Positions 8,321 to 16,517 of a stretch of DNA of 20,986 nucleotides are shown in pieces (within the stretch, counting starts at the first letter, position 1; each line of letters begins with the position of its first letter). A model generated the notes under the pieces. It was not told where the DNA came from. It saw nothing but the letters and a program-made list of their open reading frames with translations, and ran no database searches. The position numbers and the translations under genes were made by a program. The DNA is from an uncultured Candidatus Bathyarchaeia archaeon (GTDB lineage Archaea; Thermoproteota; Bathyarchaeia; Bathyarchaeales; Bathycorpusculaceae): the NCBI GenBank assembly GCA_964450845.1, contig CAYVGZ010000019.1, positions 1 to 20,986 on the forward strand. The letters run 5' to 3'.

Positions 8321-9049
8321 TTATTCTATAAAACTTCTATTTTTTTCATCTTCTTGTTTTGTTTTTTTCAGAAACTTCAGTTTTGACAAACTTATCATTA
8401 AAGGAACGCCTACAAGAAATGAGACAAAAACAACAATTAAATCTTCAATGTAGGAATCAATAGCGGCTCCAACAAATGCAGCATAAAGCAGGTCAAAACT
8501 TCCGAAGAACTCTGGGAACAAACTGTACAAGCCACATGGAACAAGTAGGAAAACCCTTACGAGCGAATCTGTGGCTATGCAAACAAAAGAAATCAAAACT
8601 AACGCAATTGGCAACCGTTTAACATCTGCTGTGAACAAGCTTCCACTGAATTTTGCAGCTGGATAAATCAGAATCAGAGCAAATAAAATGTCCAAGATTG
8701 TCCATAGGGGAAGAGCCCTTCCAAATGGGTGAATAAAATATGTTGAAAGCATTATTGCATAGATCGCTAGAACTGGTTTCCATTTGGCTTTAGCTAACAA
8801 TCCCGCCATCAAAACGCTGACGGGTTCAGCAATTATGCCAAACATCCAGAGAGCGTCTGGTTTTATCATTCTGGCGATTGAACTGCCAAGAAATGCGGCG
8901 AAAAATCCGATTTTCGGGCCTAAGATAATTCCTTCAAGAGGTTCTAAGTAGATTCCCCAGTTCCGCCATAGCCCGAAAGAAATAAAATAAAGCACAACGT
9001 GCAATGCTGCGAATATGGCTGTTAGGCTTATTTGCAAGCTTTTCCGCAT
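8321..9049 (-). CDS. Polytopic membrane protein, ECF S-component-like N-terminus
   Basis: 242 aa, about 7 hydrophobic segments; AIFAALHVVL...LEGIILGPKIGFFAAFLG resembles helices 1-3 of S components. Confidence 0.6.
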   Translation of the reverse strand: MRKSLQISLTAIFAALHVVLYFISFGLWRNWGIYLEPLEGIILGPKIGFFAAFLGSSIARMIKPDALWMFGIIAEPVSVLMAGLLAKAKWKPVLAIYAIMLSTYFIHPFGRALPLWTILDILFALILIYPAAKFSGSLFTADVKRLPIALVLISFVCIATDSLVRVFLLVPCGLYSLFPEFFGSFDLLYAAFVGAAIDSYIEDLIVVFVSFLVGVPLMISLSKLKFLKKTKQEDEKNRSFIE

Positions 9050-9139
9050 TTAACCACATTTCTCAATAGCAAAAACTGCACAAAAAATTTGCGGTACTTT
9101 TTTAGGACGAGGCTTTTGTGTTATGTATTGGACGGTTTC

Positions 9140-9979
9140 TTACATGCCACCGATTATTAATGAAGCGATAACTGCAATTGCAATTATGATGACTGTTTCA
9201 GCCAAAGTTATTCGCCAATGCACTTTGGTCCGCCCAGAGCGGTAACGAACAAGAAATATGCCCACTGTGACACAGACTATGCTCAGGGACAGAATGATGT
9301 CAAGAGGCTCGGGTAACATCAAATAAGCAATTATTGGTATTATACCTGCCAGAAATGTGGTTGTACTGCAGATTATGGCAGCATAGAGGTTTGACTTTCC
9401 TATTTCGCTATGCAATAAAATGAATAATTGTTTGACAAGCCTCAGTGACTTATCCCTTTCAACTTTGTCCGGAATATCGCTTAGACTGTAATCCATCAAA
9501 GTCTTGAGAGTGAGCAAATCTGCGATATCTTCAGTTTTTCCACCCATCAGAAAACTGGAGAAGTTCGTTATAGCAACTGCAGACAGGCTTAGAACAGCTG
9601 CGAAAGTAGCCGTGTTCGTAGCCAAACCGGCTAAGAAGGCGGAAAGAATAACAACAAGTCCTGTGATGGAACCGTCTGTTAAGCCGGCGACGACTTCTAA
9701 GATTGGTTCTCTTTTCAAGAGCAAGCTCTGCCACTCTTGGCCTAACTGAAGACCTCTTTCTGTTGGTTTGATCCTTCCATTTTCGTCTATGACTAGTCCC
9801 TCAGCACTCATTTCCTTTAAAGCTTCATTGATATCGCCCATTTCTACGCAAACATTGCCTGCACAGTATTTGTCTATTCGCCGTTTAAGCAGAGGCTTTT
9901 CTAAGGCGCTTCCTTTGCTGAGGCTTAAAAGCACGATTACTCTTATAATGTCAGGTAATTCTTGTATTTCAAAGGACAA
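9140..9979 (-). CDS. Winged-helix-like domain fused to a VIT1/CCC1-like membrane domain
   Basis: Residues ~1-85 show a wHTH-like pattern (...INEALKEMSAEGLVIDENGRIKPTERG). The C-terminal part has VVAGLTDGSITGLVV and FLAGIIPIIAYL, matching VIT1 TM1 and TM3 patterns. TTG start with AAGGTGA SD. Confidence 0.65.
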   Translation of the reverse strand: MSFEIQELPDIIRVIVLLSLSKGSALEKPLLKRRIDKYCAGNVCVEMGDINEALKEMSAEGLVIDENGRIKPTERGLQLGQEWQSLLLKREPILEVVAGLTDGSITGLVVILSAFLAGLATNTATFAAVLSLSAVAITNFSSFLMGGKTEDIADLLTLKTLMDYSLSDIPDKVERDKSLRLVKQLFILLHSEIGKSNLYAAIICSTTTFLAGIIPIIAYLMLPEPLDIILSLSIVCVTVGIFLVRYRSGRTKVHWRITLAETVIIIAIAVIASLIIGGM

Positions 9980-10087
9980 ACTGGTGAGTCACCTTAAAGG
10001 TGGCTATATTAAATGTGGGTTCTACTACCGCAATTGTTTAATATAAATCTTTATGATTCTAGGTAAACTCTTAAAGAGGCATTTATT

Positions 10088-11131
10088 ATGGTGCTCGTTG
10101 AAACTCTAGAAAAGCTCTCAAACGCTTGCGGTGTTGCTGGTAGAGAGGACGAAGTTAGAAGTTTGATGAAGAAATTCTTAAAACCCTACGTAGACGAAAT
10201 CAAAGAGGATAAACTTGGAAACGTTATCGGAATAAAAAAGGGAAAGAAAAACGCGCCCAAAGTGATGCTCGCCGCTCACATGGACGAAATAGGTTTGCTG
10301 GTGAAAACAATTTCGAAGGAAGGCTTTATACAGTTCACAAAGATAGGCGGAATAGACGACCGCATTCTCTTAGCCCAGAAAGTCATAGTCTATACAGAAA
10401 AAGGTGCATTGCACGGAATAATTGGTTCAAAGCCTCCTCACATACAAAAAGAAGAAGAACGCAAAAAAGTCCTTGCATATGATGAGCTCTTCATAGACAT
10501 TGGAGCTGAAAACCAAGAACAAACCAGGAAAATGGGAGTAAAAATCGGAGACCCAGTGGGCTTCGACACGAAATTCGCGAAAGTTGGAAAGAACATCGTA
10601 ATTGGCAGGGCTTTTGATGACCGTGTTGGATGCGCAGTTATGATTGAAGCAATGAAGCGTTTAGAAAAAGTAGAATGCACATTATATGCTGTTGGAACAG
10701 TGCAGGAAGAAGTTGGCTTAAGAGGGGCAACAACAGCTGCCTTCGGGATATATCCCGACGTAGGCATAGCGCTTGACGTGACTGTGGCTGGGGATGTGCC
10801 TGGAGTGAGAGAAATTGAGGCGCCAATAAAGCTTAGGAAAGGACCAGCAATAGGAATTGCCGATATGGGATTGATTGCCCATCCAAAAGTTGTGCGGTTA
10901 TTAGTGGATGCAGCGGAGGAAAACAAGATTCCATATCAGCTTGAGACCGGTTTGCCGGGCTCAACCGACGCAGCACGCATATCCTTAACACGGGAAGGGG
11001 TGCCAAGTGGGGTCATATCTATACCAACACGTTACATTCATAGTCCATCATCATTACTCGACCTAGAAGATGCGGAGAAAACTGTGAAACTGACGGTTGT
11101 GGCTGTTCAAAAAATTCCAAAATACTTCTGA
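10088..11131 (+). CDS. M42 family (TET) aminopeptidase
   Basis: Metal-ligand motifs AAHMDEIG, AFDDR, VQEEVGLRGA, LDVT and YIHSP. Confidence 0.95.
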   Translation: MVLVETLEKLSNACGVAGREDEVRSLMKKFLKPYVDEIKEDKLGNVIGIKKGKKNAPKVMLAAHMDEIGLLVKTISKEGFIQFTKIGGIDDRILLAQKVIVYTEKGALHGIIGSKPPHIQKEEERKKVLAYDELFIDIGAENQEQTRKMGVKIGDPVGFDTKFAKVGKNIVIGRAFDDRVGCAVMIEAMKRLEKVECTLYAVGTVQEEVGLRGATTAAFGIYPDVGIALDVTVAGDVPGVREIEAPIKLRKGPAIGIADMGLIAHPKVVRLLVDAAEENKIPYQLETGLPGSTDAARISLTREGVPSGVISIPTRYIHSPSSLLDLEDAEKTVKLTVVAVQKIPKYF

Positions 11132-11207
11132 CATTTTTTCTTCGATAGATTTTCAAGATTTTCCGAAGAATATAGTTTGAACGGAAGCCATATGAGATGC
11201 TAAAGAT

Positions 11208-11657
11208 ATGAAACAGAAAAATGTCCTTTGTGAAAAGGCGGCAGCACGTTTTCTGGAAGGTTATAATTGCGCTCAAAGCGTCTTATTAACAATGTTTGAG
11301 CATTGGAACGGCGAGAACGAGTTAATTCCAAAGATTGCCACAGCTTTTGGCGGAGGAATAGGGAGATGCGGATCTGTTTGTGGAGCCTTAACTGGCGGCG
11401 TTATGGCTTTAGGAATTAAACATGGAACAAATAAACCCTCACTAGAAAAGCGATTAAAGGCCAATGAGCTTGCGCAGAAGTTTTTCAAACGATTTGAAAA
11501 ACAGCATGGAAGTGTTCTATGTCGGGAACTCATTGGATATGACCTTTCTGTTCCTGAAGAATTGGAAGAGGCTAGAAAGGCGAAAGTGTTTGAAGAAAAA
11601 TGTATTAATTTTGTAAGAAAAACAGTTGAAACTCTGTTGGAGCTTAGTGAACATTAA
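11208..11657 (+). CDS. C_GCAxxG_C_C family putative redox protein
   Basis: Motifs GYNCAQSVL, FGGGIGRCGSVCGALTGG, GSVLCREL and EKCINFV. Confidence 0.9.
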   Translation: MKQKNVLCEKAAARFLEGYNCAQSVLLTMFEHWNGENELIPKIATAFGGGIGRCGSVCGALTGGVMALGIKHGTNKPSLEKRLKANELAQKFFKRFEKQHGSVLCRELIGYDLSVPEELEEARKAKVFEEKCINFVRKTVETLLELSEH

Positions 11658-11709
11658 ATTAGCTTTTGACTAGTAAAGAGAACAGAATAGTTTTAAAATT
11701 AGAAGATTT

Positions 11710-12168
11710 ATGACGTATATGGTTGAAGTCATGGCTGACAAAAAAAGCTTCGAGTTTTTGGAGCATATGGCTGATGCATACATTGCTGCTTATGGAAAGG
11801 ATTTAGCTGAGGCTTTCGAAAATGCTGCTCTTGCAATGTTTGACGTTATGACAGAAGTGGAAAAGGTTAGTCCGCAAGTTAAGGATACTGTTGAAGTTGT
11901 GGCTGAGGATGAGTATGCTCTTCTTTACAGTTGGCTTGAAGCGTTGCTTGTAAAATGCGACATTAAACACATGCTTTATTCTAAGTTCAAAGTTTTAGAC
12001 TTGAACAAAATCTCAAACGGTTATAGGCTCAGGGCAGAGATTTGGGGAGAAAAGTTTAATCCGAAAAAACACACGCAAAAAGTTGGTGTGAAGGCTGTTA
12101 CATATCATAGGATGGAGATCATCAAAGAACCAAACAAAGTCACGCTGAAATTTATCCTTGACATATAA
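11710..12168 (+). CDS. Archease (RtcB activator)
   Basis: Motifs FEFLEHMAD, AFENAALAMF, VKAVTYH and the C-terminal LDI. Alternative starts are ATG 11719 and 11731. Confidence 0.93.
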   Translation: MTYMVEVMADKKSFEFLEHMADAYIAAYGKDLAEAFENAALAMFDVMTEVEKVSPQVKDTVEVVAEDEYALLYSWLEALLVKCDIKHMLYSKFKVLDLNKISNGYRLRAEIWGEKFNPKKHTQKVGVKAVTYHRMEIIKEPNKVTLKFILDI

Positions 12169-12221
12169 ACAATTTTTAGTCAATAAGGCATAATTGCTTT
12201 TGTTTGGTGACTATTGATATG

Positions 12222-12878
12222 TTAAGCTAGTTTTAGTTTTTTTAAACCTTTCAAAATTTCTTCTACCATCACTTCAGGTGGGGTTTCCAGTTTTTCACAT
12301 TTAACCACTGTGAAAGGAACACCTTTTTCCTTATAATATTGAAGAATAGGTTGAGTTTGCTGCTCGTAAACTTCAATTCGCTTTTTTATGACTTCTGGCG
12401 TATCATCTGGACGTTGATATAAAGGTCCGCCGCATTTGTCGCACATCATATCCCTTTTTGGCTTCAGGTAGCGTATGTTGTAGACTTCGCCGCAGTTTTT
12501 GCATATTCTTCGTGTGGATAAGCGTTCGATGATTATCCAGTCTGGCACCATTAGCTGGATGATCACATCTATTTTGGCAACATCTTCTAAGGCTCTAGCT
12601 TGGTCAAGATTCCGTGGATAACCGTCCAAAATGAAGCCTTTCTTGTTGGAAATTTTCGCTATGCTTTGCTTCAAGACTTCTATCACAACATCATCGGGAA
12701 CAAGTAAGCCCTTCTCAACATATCCTTTCACTTTTCTGCCCAACGCAGTGTTTTCTCTCATGATTTTTCGGAAAACATCTCCGGTGGCAATTACACTAAT
12801 GCCGAGCTTGGTCTGTAACCTTGATGTGTAAGTACCTTTGCCTGAACCGGGTGCACCAAAAATGATAGCATTAACCAT
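12222..12878 (-). CDS. adk: Adenylate kinase (bacterial-type, zinc LID)
   Basis: P-loop GAPGSGKGT, GLLVPD, GFILDGYPR, LID with CKNC...CDKC, and RPDD. Confidence 0.96.
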   Translation of the reverse strand: MVNAIIFGAPGSGKGTYTSRLQTKLGISVIATGDVFRKIMRENTALGRKVKGYVEKGLLVPDDVVIEVLKQSIAKISNKKGFILDGYPRNLDQARALEDVAKIDVIIQLMVPDWIIIERLSTRRICKNCGEVYNIRYLKPKRDMMCDKCGGPLYQRPDDTPEVIKKRIEVYEQQTQPILQYYKEKGVPFTVVKCEKLETPPEVMVEEILKGLKKLKLA

Positions 12879-13120
12879 TCCTATTCATCCTGAATATGGT
12901 TTGTCATATTTTCGTAAGAGAACAGCAAGTTGATAATTAAGTATTGCTGTGGGAGGCTTATGAAATTGAAGTGATCACAATAGAATCTTCTGGTGCCTTA
13001 GCCTTTCTAATAAACTTTAGCGGTGATTTTTTTTGAAACCCTTATTTTTCTCTCCTAAACTGCACACTCATGTTTGACGTGAAACTTGATATGTTTGGTC
13101 CTTATCTTCTGGACACAAAT

Positions 13121-13148
13121 CAGAGTTCGAATCTCTCTTGGGCTACCA
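13121..13148 (+). other. tRNA-like 3' fragment (T-arm, acceptor 3' strand, ACCA)
   Basis: cAGAG-TTCGAAT-CTCTc-TTGGGCT-A-CCA has canonical T-loop sequence and spacing to CCA. No complementary 5' acceptor strand is visible upstream. Confidence 0.5.
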
Positions 13149-13280
13149 TTAAACGGTGGCTTGGTCGATGTTTAAATTCTCGGTTTTTTGAATCTTGAAA
13201 CCCCGCTCGTGTTATCATTTCTGGCACAATATGATTTTTCCATGTTTATGGCCAATAATGAATCATCAGAAGGCTTGATG

Positions 13281-13742
13281 TCACCTTTTGATAAGGTGAC
13301 TGGATGGCGATCTTGTTTTGCACTTTTCACAGATGCCATACAAATCTAGACGTTGTCATGTAACAGTGAATTTTGCGGCAGCAGCAATTCTTCCTACTAT
13401 TTCTTGTGCTGTAAGACTGTATAAATCCTTAATGTTGCCACATTGCAGGCAAACCAAATTTATGTGAGGTTTCATATAACAATCGAACCTAGCCTGACCC
13501 TGTGGGAAATTCAATTCTTGGACTAGGCCAAGTTCCTTGAGGACCTGAAGGGTTTTGTAAACTGTAGCAAGGCTCACTGTTGAATAGGCTTCCTTGACCT
13601 TATTGTAGATTCTCTGTGCACTTGGATGATCCCTGCTGTGAAGTGCAAACCGACAGATTGCTATTCTTTGGGGGGTTGCCTTGTATCCTTTTCTGCGAAG
13701 AGCTTCGATAATCGAGGCGTCAGATTTTTGAGATCCGTTCAT
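13281..13742 (-). pseudogene. Fur/PerR-family regulator interrupted by an in-frame TGA (13358-13356)
   Basis: Motifs TPQR, HPSA, SLATVYKTL, RFD...PHINLVCLQCGNIKD. After ...KFTVT-TGA the same frame continues QRLDLYGICEKCKTRSPSSHLIKR to TGA at 13283-13281, restoring the conserved C-terminal CxxC. Confidence 0.85.
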
Positions 13743-13835
13743 AGTATTATTAGGAAATAACCATTCTTAAATAAGTCTTGCCCGCTAAATATTGTGTAAT
13801 CTAGTAGCAAAGAAGCGTGAAAGGAGGTGATAGTT

Positions 13836-14414
13836 ACGTCTAGAAAAAAATATTCGACGAATGTTGGCAGAGAGATGGTTGAAAAGGCAGGCGTCAACGT
13901 CAATCACCTAATAGATAAGCTGAAGAAGGCTGCGGCTGCTGAACTTACGACTTATTATTACTATACCCTTCTAAGGATGCATTGCAGTGGGCTGGAAGGA
14001 GAAGCGGTGAAGGAGATAGCTGAAGATGCAAGACTCGAAGACAGACTTCATTTCGAAACCATTGCTCCGCGTATCTACGAGCTGGGAGGTGAGCTATACA
14101 GAGACATGAAGGAGCTGCATGACGACGCTGCTTGCTCAGCTGCTTACTTGCCTAAGAATCCAAGCGATTTGAAAGCTATCCTCAAAGTTTTGCTAGAAGC
14201 AGAACGATGTGCCGTCCGACTATACACTGAAATTTGCAACATGACCTTCGGCAAAGACCACAGAACCTATAATCTATCATTGGCTATTCTACACGAAGAA
14301 ATCGAGCATGAAGCTTGGTTCCAAGAACTGCTTGAAGGAAGACCTTCTGGACACTTCAGACGAAGGATGCCTGGAGAAGGCCCCTACACTCAGAAGTTCA
14401 GACACATAGAATGA
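13836..14414 (+). CDS. DPS-like (DPSL) ferritin-superfamily protein
   Basis: Closely follows the Pyrococcus/Sulfolobus DPSL pattern: [57 protein letters not shown]. Both signature Cys are present. The ORF-track start (GTG 13827) lies inside the GGAGGTGA SD; see findings. Confidence 0.92.
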   Translation, partial: TSRKKYSTNVGREMVEKAGVNVNHLIDKLKKAAAAELTTYYYYTLLRMHCSGLEGEAVKEIAEDARLEDRLHFETIAPRIYELGGELYRDMKELHDDAACSAAYLPKNPSDLKAILKVLLEAERCAVRLYTEICNMTFGKDHRTYNLSLAILHEEIEHEAWFQELLEGRPSGHFRRRMPGEGPYTQKFRHIE

Positions 14415-14482
14415 AGCAGATAGCAAGACTATTTACCTTCCCATCTCTCCATATATTTGTGCCAATCAATCGAGGAAGTATT

Positions 14483-15232
14483 ATGAACACAGAAATTATT
14501 TTGCTTGGTTCCATCGCCAGCTTGGTCGCAGGCATGGCCACTGGCGCAGGAGCCATACCAATATTGTTCACGAGGCAAATTTCAGACAAGTTGCTAGATG
14601 TCCTGCTGGGATTTTCGGCAGGCGTGATGCTAGCGGCTACCTCTTTCAGCTTGCTTATTCCAGCTATCGATTTGAGCGGTCCATGGGTTGCAAGTTTTGG
14701 GCTTGTTCTGGGCGCCCTCGTCCTGCATTTGGTTGACCGTTCTATTCCTCACTTGCACCTATTTCTGGGTGCCGAGGGACCACCCTCAAAGTTGCCACGA
14801 GTATGGCTGTTTGTCCTCGCCATAACCATTCACAATTTCCCTGAAGGGTTAGCAGTTGGAGTGAGCTTCGGCGGTGGAGACGTGGCAGCTGGTTTAGTGG
14901 TAGCTATGGCTATAGGGCTGCAAAACATGCCTGAAGGTCTTGCAGTTGCATTGCCCTTATTCAGGGAGGGATACACCAGAAGAAGGTCTCTGTGGTATGC
15001 GACTCTCACAGGTGCAGTTGAACCTGTTGGAGGGTTGCTTGGTGTCGCTCTGGTCGTCATTTTTCAGCCGATTTTGCCTTGGGCACTTGCCTTTGCTGCA
15101 GGCGCTATGCTTTTTGTGGTGAGCGATGAGATGATTCCTGAAAGTCACAGGAAGGGGTTTGCGAGAGATGCGACTTTTGGGCTAATAGCTGGATTCGTTG
15201 TCATGATGTTCCTAGATTCATTATTTGCTTAG
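14483..15232 (+). CDS. ZIP (GufA/ZupT-like) divalent metal transporter
   Basis: Motifs GFSAGVMLAA, ITIHNFPEGLAVG, IGLQNMPEGLAV and EMIPESH. Start is probably ATG 14483; the ORF is open from ATG 14411, which overlaps the DPSL stop. Confidence 0.93.
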   Translation: MNTEIILLGSIASLVAGMATGAGAIPILFTRQISDKLLDVLLGFSAGVMLAATSFSLLIPAIDLSGPWVASFGLVLGALVLHLVDRSIPHLHLFLGAEGPPSKLPRVWLFVLAITIHNFPEGLAVGVSFGGGDVAAGLVVAMAIGLQNMPEGLAVALPLFREGYTRRRSLWYATLTGAVEPVGGLLGVALVVIFQPILPWALAFAAGAMLFVVSDEMIPESHRKGFARDATFGLIAGFVVMMFLDSLFA

Positions 15233-15267
15233 GAATGGCGTCAAATGAATGGTCGTAATCATGGTGT

Positions 15268-15582
15268 ATGATGATGGGTAAATATGTTAGGATAGCTGAA
15301 ACGAAGGATATACCAAAGAACAAGATGCGCGTCTTCAAGGTTAGTGACCGTGAGATGCTTATAGTAAACGTTGAAGACAAGTTCTATGCGTTTGAGAATC
15401 GTTGTCCGCACATGGGTTATCCGCTCTATTTTGGAAGTCTGGAAGGAAAAGTGCTGACATGCGGTTTTCACTATGCTAAATTTGATGTTAGAACTGGGAA
15501 GTCCTTAGGGACGATTACACATAGCCCTCTAAAGACATTCAACATTAAAATCCAAAACTCTTCGATACTTGTTGAACTGTAG
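15268..15582 (+). CDS. Soluble Rieske [2Fe-2S] ferredoxin
   Basis: Rieske boxes NRCPHMG and LTCGFH, followed by FDVRTG. Confidence 0.92.
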   Translation: MMMGKYVRIAETKDIPKNKMRVFKVSDREMLIVNVEDKFYAFENRCPHMGYPLYFGSLEGKVLTCGFHYAKFDVRTGKSLGTITHSPLKTFNIKIQNSSILVEL

Positions 15583-15671
15583 TATAGATAATCCCATTGA
15601 AGGTAAAAAAATCTTTATTCAAGAAATAAGAAATAGGTATGACGTTTGCTTGATAAAAGGAGGTGATTAGA

Positions 15672-16115
15672 ACGACAAAGAAAGAGCTTTTGAGTATGTT
15701 GAACAAAGCTTTGGAATTGGAACATGCCGCTAGGATACAGTATCTGGCTCATGCAGAACAGATAGATGGACTAGGAGCGGAACCGATAATTGCAAGGTTG
15801 AAGGAGATCGCTGAAGATGAAAAGAAACATGAAGAAATGTTCAGGGAACTGATTGGAAGCTACTTGGATGGAGTGCCTTCAATGGGTATGGCAGAAACGC
15901 ACCCAGCCAGCACAGTGAATAAGATTCTGGAAGTAAACCTGAAGGACGAAAAGCACGCGGTTGACATTTACTTGGGGATTCTGAAGAAAGTACACGAAAT
16001 GAAGGATGAACTGAAGTATGAGTATTTCCAACTCGAACATAACATAAGGCACATCATAACAGATGAGCAAGAACACATAGCAGAACTGAAACTGCTCAGG
16101 GGAAAGAAAAAGTAA
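15672..16115 (+). CDS. Ferritin-like (bacterioferritin-type) di-iron protein
   Basis: Di-iron ligand spacing LELEHAARIQY, EDEKKHEE, KDEKHAVDIY, DEQEH. The ORF-track start (GTG 15663) lies inside the GGAGGTGA SD. Confidence 0.88.
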   Translation, partial: TTKKELLSMLNKALELEHAARIQYLAHAEQIDGLGAEPIIARLKEIAEDEKKHEEMFRELIGSYLDGVPSMGMAETHPASTVNKILEVNLKDEKHAVDIYLGILKKVHEMKDELKYEYFQLEHNIRHIITDEQEHIAELKLLRGKKK

Positions 16116-16281
16116 TCGATCGTACTTCAAATACTGGGGTACTAACCTAAACTTGTATTTGTTCCCTTATTTGTTATCTGATAACTTTTTTCTAAAGCAA
16201 ACCGCAGAAGCAAAAAGTCGGAAAAATATGATTCAAACTTATAGCGTCCAAAACTTAGAAAAGAGAAAGAGAGGTGAGAAA

Positions 16282-16350
16282 GTAACTAAGGCTAGGGAGG
16301 TTTATCTTTGTGAAATATACGGTAACAAAGTATACAAGGCTGCCATGAAA
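16282..16350 (+). pseudogene. Decayed desulforedoxin (Dx) domain remnant
   Basis: GAGGTGA SD + 4 nt + GTA-ACT-AAG-GCT-AGG-GAG-GTT-TAT-CTT-TGT-GAA-ATA-TAC-GGT-AAC-AAA-GTA = (V)TKAREVYLCEIYGNKV, versus the Dx-type MTKxGEVYxCEICGNxV. The second Cys pair is absent. Confidence 0.6.
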
Positions 16351-16517
16351 CCCAAGCAAAATCGATATTCAGGCTTAGCTTGTGCTAATGTGAAGCACGG
16401 GCTTACACGTGGCTTGGGGAAAATATTCCTCGTAACATTGTAAAAGTGGGCTGTTTTCGTCGTAAACGAAACTCATAAATTGTGGTTACAGTTTCAATTT
16501 GAGCGGAGAGAAATTCT

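Noticed and set aside
12922-12950. Inverted repeat ACAGCAA-n15-TTGCTGT upstream of adk
   Set aside because: Short arms, long spacer and a single occurrence; not distinguishable from chance.
13356-13358. Genome-wide TGA recoding or selenocysteine as the explanation for the Fur stop
   Set aside because: TGA ends the FrhB-family, mtd, M42 and DPSL genes at their expected C-termini; the position aligns with a non-Cys residue and no canonical archaeal SECIS was recognised.
13292-13363. Antisense mini-ORF (AAGGTGA-ctgg-ATG, MAILFCTFHRCHTNLDVVM) over the Fur 3' end
   Set aside because: Only 19 codons, entirely antisense to coding sequence, and the SD is one arm of a hairpin; no independent support.
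13754-13768. Possible Fur/Per box AAATAACCATTCTTA in the Fur-DPSL intergenic region
   Set aside because: Only about 9 of 14 positions match the Bacillus consensus in AT-rich DNA, and no convincing second copy was found before the other cluster genes.
16153-16443. 96-aa ORF as a real gene
   Set aside because: No recognisable family over its length; it is an open frame spanning intergenic DNA and the Dx remnant.
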